DNA of 64,000 bases. It comes from Carcharhinus amblyrhynchos. Its lineage: Eukaryota. The DNA lies in NCBI GenBank assembly GCA_965287045.1, contig OZ336891.1, forward strand, positions 42,284,001 through 42,348,000. Direction: 5' to 3'. The position numbers and the translations under genes were made by a program. The notes below the pieces were generated by a model. It had not been told where the DNA came from and did not search any database. It saw only the letters and a list, made by a program, of their open reading frames with translations. Position 1 is the first letter of the stretch. Each line of letters starts with the position of its first letter. This document shows positions 23,851-34,117 of the stretch, piece by piece.

Positions 23851-25410
23851 GTGTCCTATATCCCTCCATCTCCATCCCGCTCATGTGCCTATCTAAGTCC
23901 CAATATATTCACACTGCTTTGATATAAAGTCTGTAAGTCTTCCTAATAAGCTGAATCCTTTGAAACCCTCTCTATTCCATTGGAAAGTTAAAAGCATTTA
24001 ACTTTGTCAACTTCAAATTTAAATGCTCTTAAAGAGGCTTCTATTGAGAACTAGTGGGTTGCAACTCAGGCTCCAGTCTTCTGTTTTTATTTACATTTCT
24101 CTTCATGCTTGAATGCATCCCAAGTATCTCCATTGTTCTGAACTACACCGTTTACACAGTTTCTAAGCCATGTTGACAGCCTTGGTTCCTTCAAAGGGAA
24201 TAAATGGTTGAACTCCCTCTTTTAAAGTGCCCACCCAACTCCCAGGAGACCTGAAGGCCCCTTTTTCTTAGTCTGTCAACAGCAGAGGGGTAAATGGTCA
24301 TTGCGAGTACCTCCTTGACCTCCTTCAGGGCCCAAAGTGTCAGGCCAGGGTGTCAATGCCAAGGTGTCGGGGACAGTGCACCACAGACACTGCCAAAATG
24401 CATGGCCTGAACATGGGCCTTAGTGGGGTTCTGAGTGGGAGGGGGACTGAGGGGAGATCTGAGGGGGTAGGGGATTGAGTGGGAAGTCTCAGGAAAGGGG
24501 TCTAATAGGAGACTGGAAGAGGCTGAGGGAGATGTAGTGGGGGGGATCTGGGGGGGCAAAGGGGGTGTTCAGTTGGATCACCTTACGCATTGCGGGGAAG
24601 GTAACTCATTATTTGAATAGTGGAGGGGAGGATGCCCTTCTTTGCTGAGGGGTTAGTGATCCTTCTTGATCACCAGGGAAATCACCATTTCATTTTCTTG
24701 GGAGAGGGAGGGCTGATCTGGCCAGCTGGTGTCACGAGATGGCCTCATTTGTATCTTTCAGGTGGTTAGCAGTGCCAGTGTGCCAGGTTGGCAGAGAGAT
24801 AGCCAAATATCAGATTGGCAGTATCAATGGGGTGGGGGGGGAGCTAATTGAGAAGTATTGGGGGGGCTCCTGAAGGGAAGTGTATGGGGGAATGTCCTGA
24901 AGAGGGAGCTGGACGTGCTTCTGAAGGAGGGCACAGTGGGATGCCTTCAAGGAGGGGCCTTTGGTAACCTCATAGAAGGGTGTCATTAGCTTCAGGTACC
25001 AATGGCACTGCCTGGTTGACACTGTTGGGGTGGCATTGCCAGGGCAGGGGACTGTGCCAGAGACAGATCCTCTGAGGAGCCCCATTGGAGGGGTTATCCC
25101 TTATGCATAGGAAAGGATTGTTGCCCTGATGTTTAGGTGGAGGAGGTAGGTTTCCCCAATGCTTGTGGGGGAGAGGAATGGGGGAGAGGGTGCGGGGGTG
25201 TCTGTGGGGGTGGGTGGAGTTTATTTGTAATGCAGATTGGGGCTCCCTTTAAAGATGTAACCCATTCTCTGTGGAATTAGTGTTGCCATCTTGATTAGAT
25301 TCCACTCTCTCAGAGCGATGATACAAACCATCCCCCCAGAATTATTGTGCACTGAGTGGCTCAAGAGAAAACTCGGCTGTGGAGCCAGGGAGATACACTC
25401 CAGTTTTCTC

Positions 25411-25490
25411 GGAACAGTGTTCCGAAAGCTAGTGGGTTTACTATCCAATAAACTTGTTGGACTTTGACCTGGTGTTGTGAGACTTCTTAC
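25411..25490 (+). mobile_element. Truncated Penelope pLTR (3' half of hammerhead)
   Basis: GGAACAGTGTTCC-GAAA-GCTA-GTG...CCTGGTGTTGTGAGACTTCTTAC. Confidence 0.75.
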
Positions 25491-26494
25491 CAGAATATCT
25501 GCCCTCCAGGGGAGTTGGCAACACTCAGAGGGGTTTCCATTGAGAGTTCTGTCACGGGCATGGCTCCAACACAACTGTCAGGATCACAGTCCCTCCCCCT
25601 AATCAGGGTGTAGGCCAAAGAGAACAGCAAATACGCTTTATTATGAGTTTATTATCTTGGATGCTTCTGTCATCTCCGAGGACTAACGGCAGCTCTGGTT
25701 AGATTAAGTGCTTTACCTCATTTGCTTTTGAATCAGATGACCATGTAAAAAGTACCTTCTTAAAAGCTGAAAGTCCGCATGCTGTGAATCGCTCCCTGAT
25801 TCACATCATTAAAACCGACAGAAGCTGCTGCCCTCAATAATTCCCTTGAATTTTGCTCTGCATATCGTACATCCACCATCTCCATGGTATCTGACAGGCT
25901 CTTCACCTTGGAGGCTTTCAGGCGAGCTGGAATTTTGCCAAATCACAGCAACTTTTATTGGGTCTAGCCATCAATCAATGAGTCACATTTTCGATGGTAG
26001 TGCAGAGGGAATATGGAGAGCATTTGGCTTCTCTTTCTGCTCATCCTTTGGTTGCCCACATTGCAGGCTATTCTCTACCAATATTTATGAGTGTGGTTAG
26101 CACAACCTAGACCAGAAGTGATAGGAATGGTGAGTTGAATAAAGTGTAAATGGAGATCTAAAGGTGGGTGTTATTGTATATTGTTGTGTTGTCTATAAAT
26201 AGTTAGGAATTAACGTGTAACATGTAGGTGTTCCGGGGGCTACATTCCCCAACTGCACTATCGACTGAAGCAGTGTCCATACCAATTCATTCTGGCTTTT
26301 CTTTTCAACCAGATAAAATTAAACATTTTGGGTGGGATTTTCTGGCCACGCTCCCCTCAAACCAGACAATCTCACCTTTCCATGGTCCGCCCCTCACCCG
26401 CTACGCTTCCTGTGGCAGGCGAAAGGGGAAAATCACTCTGATGAGTATCTGATCTTTACAAGCCTAAAGTGTGATTGTTAACAACGTAGTGGTT

Positions 26495-27272
26495 GTCACT
26501 GTCAAGGTGGCACTGCAAAGATGGTCATCCAGTGGACAGTGCCAGCGTGCAGTGCTCGGTGACAGTGCTAGGGCCGGTGCTACATGCAGTGCCTCAGGGC
26601 AGTGATAGGTGGCAGTGCCAGAGGGCAATGCCAGGGGCTGTTCCAGGGTGCAATGCCAAGTGCAATACCAAGGTGCTGCGTGAGGGAGCAGTGCTAGGGG
26701 GCAGGGCTGGGGAAAATGCTAGGGAGCAGTGCTAGGATGCAATGCCGGGGGTAGTGCTAGGGCAATGCTAGGGGGCAGTTATAGGTGGCAGTGTGAGGGC
26801 ACTGTGTCAGAATGCAGTGCCAGGGGGCACTGTTGAGGGCAGTGCTAGGGAAAGTGCGAGATGGCAGTGCTGGGGGCAGTGCTGCGGACAGTGCAAGAGG
26901 ACATTGCAAGGGGGCAGTGCTGGGGGCAGTGCTAGGGGCAGTGCAAGGGGGCAGTGCCAGGGGCAGTACGAGGGGCAATGCAAGGAGCCAGTGCCAGGAC
27001 GCAGTGCTAGGGGCAGTGCCAGAAACAGTGCGAGGGGGCAGTGCATGGAGGCAGTGCGAGGGAACAGTGCGTGGAGGCAGTGCAAGGGAACTGTGTGAGT
27101 AAGCAGTGCTGGGGGCAGTGTGAGGGAGCAGCGCTGGTGGGCAGTGCAAGGGGGCAATACCAGGGCACAGTGCCAGGGGCAGTGTAAAGGGGCAGTGCGA
27201 GGGAACAGTACCAGGGGCAGTGCCAGGGGCAAGTGAGAGTGCAGCGCAAGGGTGCAGTGCGAGCGTGCAGTG
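26495..27272 (+). repeat. Degenerate minisatellite, ~14-nt unit GGGGGCAGTGC(T/C)AG
   Basis: Dozens of GGCAGTGC/CAGTGC units at ~13-15 nt spacing; explains the overlapping low-complexity ORFs on both strands. Confidence 0.92.
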
Positions 27273-27580
27273 CAGAGTGGTTAATACGGCTACCTGACAG
27301 CACCAGGGACCTGGGTTCGATTCTCAGCTTGGGTTACTGTCTGGTGAAGTTTTCACATTCACCCTGTGTCTGTGTGGGTTTCCTCTGGGTGCTCCAGTTT
27401 CCTCCCATAGTTCAAAGATGGGTTAAGTGCATTGGCCATGCTAAATTGCCCTTTGGAGTCCCAGGATGCATGGGGTAAAAATGTGGGGTTACAGGTATAG
27501 GACCTGGGTAGCATTGTTGTCCATGTAGACTTAATGGGCTGAATGGCCTCTTTCTGCACTGTAGGGATTCCCTGATTTTA
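27270..27580 (+). mobile_element. HE1 V-SINE
   Basis: AGTGGTTAA..CAGCACCAGGGACCTGGGTTCGATT head, V core, CR1-type tail. Confidence 0.9.
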
Positions 27581-27964
27581 TGAGAGTGGAAGAGTATTTC
27601 CTTGCTCCAAGTAGCCCCACCAGTGGACAACATCTGCTCTGCCGCTTTGATGATGAACGTCTCTACAAGATTGCAAGATGGTTATGGGTGAAGAAGACTG
27701 TTTTGCCTGTCTCTAGGCAGAAACAGGGCTGTCACTGCAGTTTCCGGGTAGTTAGATTGATGGATAAGGACGAATTTTGAGGACATCTCCATCTAACGTG
27801 GTGGAAGTAATTATGACTTCACTCAGTGAGCAGGAAACCCATGAATCGGGTGGGGAATCCATGAGACTGGGTAAGACGTGAGTAATACAACCACCACTGA
27901 CCTCCTCCTGCACCAGCCTCCTTCTTAACTTCACTTACTTCTGTGAAGAGTGATATCAGGTTCA

Positions 27965-28316
27965 CCAGATGCATCAAAGATCCTTAGACAGCACTTTCCA
28001 AACCCACGACCACTCCCAACTAGAAGGGCAAGGGCAGCAGACACATGGGAACACCACCACCTGCATGTTCCCCTCCAAGCCACTCACTATCCTGCCTTGG
28101 AAATACGTCGGCTGTTCCTTCGCAGTCGCTGGGTCAGAATACTAGAATTGCCTCCCTAACGACATTGTGGGTCAACCCACAGCACAAGGATCGCAGCGAT
28201 TCAGGAAGGCAGCTCACCACCACCTTCTCAAGGGCAACTAGGGATGGGCAATAAATACTGGCCAACCAATGATGCCCTTGACCCAAGAATTAATAAAAAA
28301 TAAATGAATAAAATAA
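27965..28316 (+). mobile_element. 3' fragment of a non-HER1 LINE (CR1/L2 group); another copy at ~43555-43770
   Basis: ORF-end LRQHFPNPRPLP.RRARAA; tail TCAAGGGCAACTAGGGATGGGCAATAAATACTGGCC plus A-rich end. Confidence 0.7.
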
Positions 28317-28601
28317 ATGCCAGACATCCACACCTGTGCTCGGTGTGTGGAGTTGCAGGCCCTACGAAACCAGGTTAAGGAGCTGCAAATGCAGCTCGAG
28401 GACCTTCGGCTAGTTAGGGAGAGTGAGGACGTTATAGAAAGGAGCTACCAGCAGGTAGTCACACCAGGGCAACGGGATGAGGGCACTTGGGTTACCATTA
28501 GGAAGGGGAAAACACGGGTGATGGGGAGCACTCCGGTGGATGTCCCCCTTCAAAATAAGTACTCCGGCCTGAGTACTACTGGGGGGGAACAGCTCATCTG
28601 A
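28317..28601 (+). CDS. CR1 ORF1, N-terminal part (CxxC + leucine-zipper-like coil), frameshifted from the esterase part
   Basis: CARC followed by heptad leucines (LQALRNQVKELQMQLEDL), then WVTI and VPLQNKYSGL. Removing one G from the G7 run at 28581-28587 joins it in frame to 28639-29178. Confidence 0.85.
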   Translation: MPDIHTCARCVELQALRNQVKELQMQLEDLRLVRESEDVIERSYQQVVTPGQRDEGTWVTIRKGKTRVMGSTPVDVPLQNKYSGLSTTGGEQLI

Positions 28602-28638
28602 GGGAGGAAGCGATGGCCAGCTCTCTGGAGCTGAGCCA

Positions 28639-29178
28639 GTGAGCCAAAAAATCAAAAAGGGAAGCAGAAAGGTAGTATTAATAGGGGACTCCACAGTGAG
28701 GGGCGCGGACAGGCGTTTTTGTGGACGTAGAAGGGAGTCGCGGATGGCGGTTTGTCTCCCTGGGGCTGGGATCCAGGATGTCTCTGGGCGGGTCCCAGAC
28801 ATCCTGAAAGGGGAGGGTGAGGAACCGGAGGTAGTAGTACATATAGGTACTACTGATGTAGGTAAGAAGAGGGAGGCACTTGTGAAAAAGGACTATAGGG
28901 AACTGGGTAGGCAGCTGAGGAAGAGAAAAGCGAAGGTAGTAATCTCAGGATTGCTGCCTGTGCCAAGGGAGAATGAGGGAAGAAATGAAATGAGGTGGAG
29001 GGTGAATGCGTGGCTGAGGGACTGGTGTAGAGGGCAGGGATTTCGGTTCCTAGATCACTGGGACCTCTTTAGGGGTAGGTGGGACCTCTATAGTAGGGAC
29101 GGGTGGCACTTAAATACCAGGGGGACTAGTATCTTGGCGGGAAGACTGGCTAAGGCTACCGGGGGGACTTTAAACTAG
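28639..29178 (+). CDS. CR1 ORF1, C-terminal SGNH/GDSL esterase domain
   Basis: IGDS block I, CLPGA, VVVHIGTTD and DGWHLN blocks typical of CR1 ORF1 esterase; ends ACT TTA AAC TAG. Confidence 0.9.
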   Translation: MSQKIKKGSRKVVLIGDSTVRGADRRFCGRRRESRMAVCLPGAGIQDVSGRVPDILKGEGEEPEVVVHIGTTDVGKKREALVKKDYRELGRQLRKRKAKVVISGLLPVPRENEGRNEMRWRVNAWLRDWCRGQGFRFLDHWDLFRGRWDLYSRDGWHLNTRGTSILAGRLAKATGGTLN

Positions 29179-29279
29179 AAAGGATAGGGGGAGGGAACTG
29201 TGTTGGGGAAACTGGGACGGAGGAGGTTCGCTCCCAGGTAGGGGAGGACCGCAGGCAGTATGCGAGGGAGGTTAGACAG

Positions 29280-32093
29280 GTGGTGGAGATGGGAAATGCC
29301 CAGACTGAGGGGCTGAAGTGTATATATTTTAATGCAAGGAGTATAGTGAATAAGGTAGATGAGCTTAGGGCGTGGATAGCTGTTTGGGATTGTGATGTGG
29401 TGGCCATTACGGAGACTTGGATGTCTCAGGGACAGGACTGGGTACTTCAGGTGCCAGGCTTCAGGTGCTTCAGGAAGGACAGGGAGGGTGGCAGAAGGGG
29501 TGGTGGCGTGGCACTGTTGATCAGGGATAGTGTCATGGCTACAGAGAAAGAGGATGTCGTGGAGGGATTGTCTACAGAATCTCTGTGGGTGGAAGTTAGG
29601 AACAGCAAAGGGTCAAAAACTTTGCTGGGTGTAATCTATAGGCCGCCCAATAGTGACAGGGAAGTTGAAGTGCAAATAGGGAAACAGATTCTGGAGAGAT
29701 GTTTTAATAACAGAGTTGTCGTGATGGGAGACTTCAATTTCCCAAACATCGACTGGAATATCCCTAGGGTAAGGGGTATAGATGGGGAGGAGTTTGTTAG
29801 GTGTGTTCAGGAGGGTTTCCTGACGCAGTATGTGGACAAGCCTACGAGGGGAGAGGCTGTACTTGACCTGGTACTGGCGAATGAACCAGGGCAGGTGATG
29901 GATCTTTCGGTAGGAGAGCATCTTGGATATGGTGACCATAATTCTATCTCCTTCACAATTGCGTTGGAACGAGATAGGATCAGGCAGGCTAGGAAGGTGT
30001 TTGTCTGGGGTAAGGGGAGATACGAAGAAGTCAGGAAGTTACTTGGACAAATAAACTGGAAGGAGGCGTTCTTAGGGAAAAGTACCGAAGGAAGGTGGCA
30101 GATATTCAAGGAATGTGTGTCTGGAGCTCTGAATGACAACGTTCCGATGAGACGAGGGGGTTTTGGTGGGTCGAGGGAACCGTGGTGCACAAAGGATGTG
30201 TTGAACCTAGTCAGGAAGAAAAGGAAGGTGTACAAGAGGTTCAGGGAATTAGGAGATGTTAAAGATCTTGAGGAGTATAAGGACTGTAGGAGGGAACTTA
30301 AAAGGGAAATTAGGAGAGCCAGAAGGGGTCATGAGAAGACCTTGGCGAGTAAGATTAAGGAGAATCCCAAGGCCTTCTATAAATATGTGAAAGGTAAAAG
30401 GATAAGAAGAGAAGGGATAGGACCGATAAAAGGTGAGGGGGGAAAGGTTTGTGTGGAACCAGAAGAAATGGCGGAGGTGCTTAACGAGTACTTCGCCTCA
30501 GTATTCACGGTGGAAGCCGATCTGGGAGATTTTGTTATGGATTTGCAGCAGATGGAAAGGATTGAGTACGTGAATATTAAGGAGGAGGATGTGTTGGAAC
30601 TTTTGAATTCTATCAAGGTAGATAAGTCGCCGGGACCAGATGGGATGTACCCCAGGATACTGTGGGAGGCGAGGGAAGAGATTGCAGAGCCCCTGGCGAT
30701 GATCTTTGCGTCGTCAATGGAGACGGGAGAGGTTCCAGAGGATTGGAGGATTGCGGATGTAGTTCCTATTTTTAAGAAAGGGAACAGAGATAGCCCGGGA
30801 AATTACCGACCGGTGAGTCTGACCTCAGTGGTTGGTAAGCTGATGGAGAGGCTTCTGAGGGACAAGATTTACGAACATTTGGAGAGGTTTGACATGATCA
30901 GGAATAGTCAGCATGGATTTGTCAAGGGCAGGTCGTGCCTTACAAGCCTAGTTGAGTTCTTCGATAATGTGACTGAACACATTGACGAAGGAAGTGCCGT
31001 GGACGTAGTGTACATGGACTTCAGCAAGGCGTTTGATAAGGTCCCCCATGCAAGACTTCTTGAGAAGGTGAGAGGGCATGGGATCCAAGGGCCTTTGGCC
31101 TTGTGGATCCAGAACTGGCTTGCCTGCAGAAGGCAGAGAGTGGTTGTGGATGGGGCTTTTTCTGAATGGAGGTCAGTCACCAGCGGAGTGCCTCAAGGAT
31201 CTGTTCTGGGACCCTTGTTGTTTGTCATTTTCATAAATGACCTGGATGAGGAAGTGGAGGGATGGGTAAGTAAGTTCGCTGATGACACGAAGGTCGGTGG
31301 TGTTGTGGATGATCTGGAAGGATGGCAAAAGTTGCAGCAGGACATAGATAGGATGCAGGACTGGGCGGAGAAGTGGCAGATGGACTTCAACGCGGATAAA
31401 TGTGTTGTCGTCCATTTTGGCAGAACCAACGGGATGAACGAGTACACTATGAAGGGCAGAAGTCTGAGTAGTGTTGAGGAGCAGAAGGATCTTGGGGTCC
31501 GGGTCCACAGGACTCTTAAATCGGCCTCGCAGGTGGAGGAGGTGGTCAAGAAGGCGTATGGTGTACTGGCCTTCATTAATCGAGGGATTGAGTTTAGGAG
31601 TCGGGAGGTAATGCTGGAACTTTATAAGACCCTTGTCAGGCCTCATTTGGAGTATTGTGCGCAGTTCTGGTCGCCTCACTATAGGAAAGATGTAGAAGCT
31701 ATTGAAAGGGTGCAGAGGAGATTTACAAGGATGTTGCCTGGACTGGGAGGCATGCCTTATGAAGTTAGGTTGAGGGAGCTGGGACTCTTTTCCCTGGAGA
31801 GACGAAGGTTGAGAGGCGACCTGATAGAAGTTTACAAAATGTTGAGAGGAATAGATAGGGTGGACTCTCAGAGGCTATTTCCCCGGTTTGAAATGGTCGC
31901 TACGAGAGGACACAGATTTAAGGTGCGGGGAGGGAGGTTCAGAAGTGATGTTAGGGGTAAGTTTTTCACTCAGAGGGTGGTGAGTGAATGGAATCGGCTG
32001 CCGTCAGTGGTGGTGGAGGCGAACTCGCTGGGGTCTTTTAAAAGACTTCTGGATGAGTATATGGGGTTTAATGAGATTGAGGGTTATAGATAG
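29280..32093 (+). CDS. CR1 ORF2: AP-endonuclease + reverse transcriptase
   Basis: 937-aa open frame. APE motifs YFNARS, VAITETW, IYRPP, MGDFNFP, LDLVL, GDH; RT motifs NYRPVSL, QHGF, DFSKAFD, GVPQGSVLGP, FADD; CR1 C-terminus TRGH...FFTQRVV..WN.LP. First ATG at 29289; frame is open from 29154. Confidence 0.97.
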   Translation: MVEMGNAQTEGLKCIYFNARSIVNKVDELRAWIAVWDCDVVAITETWMSQGQDWVLQVPGFRCFRKDREGGRRGGGVALLIRDSVMATEKEDVVEGLSTESLWVEVRNSKGSKTLLGVIYRPPNSDREVEVQIGKQILERCFNNRVVVMGDFNFPNIDWNIPRVRGIDGEEFVRCVQEGFLTQYVDKPTRGEAVLDLVLANEPGQVMDLSVGEHLGYGDHNSISFTIALERDRIRQARKVFVWGKGRYEEVRKLLGQINWKEAFLGKSTEGRWQIFKECVSGALNDNVPMRRGGFGGSREPWCTKDVLNLVRKKRKVYKRFRELGDVKDLEEYKDCRRELKREIRRARRGHEKTLASKIKENPKAFYKYVKGKRIRREGIGPIKGEGGKVCVEPEEMAEVLNEYFASVFTVEADLGDFVMDLQQMERIEYVNIKEEDVLELLNSIKVDKSPGPDGMYPRILWEAREEIAEPLAMIFASSMETGEVPEDWRIADVVPIFKKGNRDSPGNYRPVSLTSVVGKLMERLLRDKIYEHLERFDMIRNSQHGFVKGRSCLTSLVEFFDNVTEHIDEGSAVDVVYMDFSKAFDKVPHARLLEKVRGHGIQGPLALWIQNWLACRRQRVVVDGAFSEWRSVTSGVPQGSVLGPLLFVIFINDLDEEVEGWVSKFADDTKVGGVVDDLEGWQKLQQDIDRMQDWAEKWQMDFNADKCVVVHFGRTNGMNEYTMKGRSLSSVEEQKDLGVRVHRTLKSASQVEEVVKKAYGVLAFINRGIEFRSREVMLELYKTLVRPHLEYCAQFWSPHYRKDVEAIERVQRRFTRMLPGLGGMPYEVRLRELGLFSLERRRLRGDLIEVYKMLRGIDRVDSQRLFPRFEMVATRGHRFKVRGGRFRSDVRGKFFTQRVVSEWNRLPSVVVEANSLGSFKRLLDEYMGFNEIEGYR

Positions 32094-32466
32094 ATCTGTA
32101 GGTTGGTAGGTGATGTGGTCGGCGCAACTTGTGGGCCGAAGGGCCTGTTTGTGCTGTAGTGTTCTATGTTCTATGTTCTATGTTTAAAAAAAAGGTGGCA
32201 TGTAAAACTGGCATTGCCTCCAATCTATTTATTTTCCCTTTGAGCAACTTGGGCTAAAATGGGCCCCAGTGAACAGTGAGTTACCGGTTTGATAGATACT
32301 AGGTAGAGTCATAAGTCATAGAGTCATAAAGCTAGTCTGCTAACAGTCACCAGTTGCTCAATTGCTTTGTATTATTCACATTCTGTACCTTGAAGAACAC
32401 CAAAACAAATCAGAATTTTGTCTTTTAAACCCAGGTCGTTCGATTTTTGCTCTCAGAATGAGCACA

Positions 32467-32797
32467 GAATCATAGAAACCTGACAGTGCAGAATGAGGCC
32501 ATTCAGCCCATTGGGTTTGCACCAACAACAATCCCACCCTAGGCCCTATCCCCACAACCCTAAACAGTTACCCTGTTAATGCTCTAACTTACACATTCCG
32601 GGACTCTAAGGGGCAATTTAGCATGGCCAATCAACCTAAGCCACACGCCTTTGGATGTGGGAGGAAACTGGAGCAAACTCACACAGACACAGGGAGAACA
32701 TGGAACCTCCACACAGACAGTGACCCAAGCCGGGAATCGAACCCAAGCCCCTGGCGCTGTGTAGCAGCAGTGCTCACCGCTGTGCCACCGTGCCACC
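32467..32797 (-). mobile_element. HE1 V-SINE
   Basis: Reverse complement of tRNA head, V core and AGAATCATAGAA tail. Confidence 0.92.
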
Positions 32798-34117
32798 CTG
32801 TGCTAAAACCTGCTGCGGAATGATGCTGTTGTTAATGGCGGGACAGAAATTAAGTGTACTTGCCATCATCGTCAATATATTTCTTGCGCGAGTTATCATT
32901 TACAAGATTACTCAGCTGCAAAAAGTCACCTCTGAAAAGATAATAACTTTTGAACTAATGCAATCAAAGTGACATTCTTTACAATCTCATTAAATATACA
33001 GCAGTTTCAGAAAACCACACCATTCTCAAATCCTCCCCATATTTCCATGGTGAATGTACTTCTGCAAGAAGGTATTCATGTGGGTTTTTGTAATCATTTA
33101 TCTTTTTGATGCATATGGATTGTAGAATTCTGTAACATGATCCTGATGATAAATCAGTTGCAGGGGAATTATTGGAGCTGCGTCAGTTACATGAGTGCAA
33201 CTTTTCTTTATTGCATTCCTGTTAAGTGATAATCTTCTTTTTGCTCTGCATTTACATCACGCACAGGGGAGAATTTGAAATGAGAATAGCGGGTGGCAAT
33301 TGTGGGCAGCAGAGAAAGAGGTCACCCAGGCCAGTGGCAATGTTCTCCTGCGTCCCTGCCACCTCAGATAAGTCAGGAAAAAGAGTCCTCCTACCTATTC
33401 ACAACTTTACTTAACATCAAGGAGAATAACCAGAGGTATTTTTCTTCAAAACACAGACTGGGAATATTAAGGCACGGAACGTTTTGTCGGAAGAAGTGTA
33501 GAGAGCGGTAAGTTAAGTGGGATAAGAATCTGAAAAAGAAAATGTTATGGGGAAATCGGGATTCTATGGGGAAAGGGGGGAAATTAAGACATGTAAAGTT
33601 AGCAGAGATGTGATGGATTGAATAGCCCCCACCTCTGTTGCAAAACCCTATGATTCACAGGAGTAGATTTCAATTTGCTGCCTAGTTGTAAAACTGCTGC
33701 TTCCTAAAATCTTCATTTTCCAAATTGGGAATTTTAAAAAATTTTTTTTTTAAACATTTGTGGGACACGGGCATCGCTGGCTGGCCAGCAGTTATTGCCC
33801 ATCCTTAGTTGCCCTTGGCTCTGGACTCACATGTAGGCAGGACAAGGGAAGGATGGCAAATTTCCTTCCCTGAAGGAGCATTAGTGAACCTTGAGGGTTT
33901 TTCCTGACAATTGTTATCAGTAAATTCTTAATTCCAGATTTTGTTTTATTGAATCCAGATTCCACCATCTTCCTTTGTGGGATTTGAACCTATGTCCCCA
34001 GAATATTAGTTGATATTTCTGGATTAATAGTCTCGCAATAATACCACTAGACCATCACTTCCCAAGGTACCCTTTTATGTTCTAACAGAGAACAGTCGGA
34101 AGTTAGATAGCGTTTGA

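Larger units (their letters stand above)
28317..32183 (+). mobile_element. Young CR1-clade LINE (HER1-like), 5'-truncated within ORF1
   Basis: ORF1 (zinc finger/coiled coil + SGNH esterase), intact ORF2 (APE+RT), short 3'UTR with GGCC-GAAG-GGCC stem-loop and (GTTCTAT)n tail at ~32160-32183. Inserted in the A-rich tail of an older LINE fragment. Confidence 0.96.

Noticed and set aside
26757-27303. Several overlapping 96-141 aa ORFs on both strands
   Set aside because: Products of the stop-poor minisatellite; low-complexity translations.
29613-31679. Antisense ORFs inside CR1 ORF2
   Set aside because: Shadow ORFs of the RT coding sequence; no recognisable domains.
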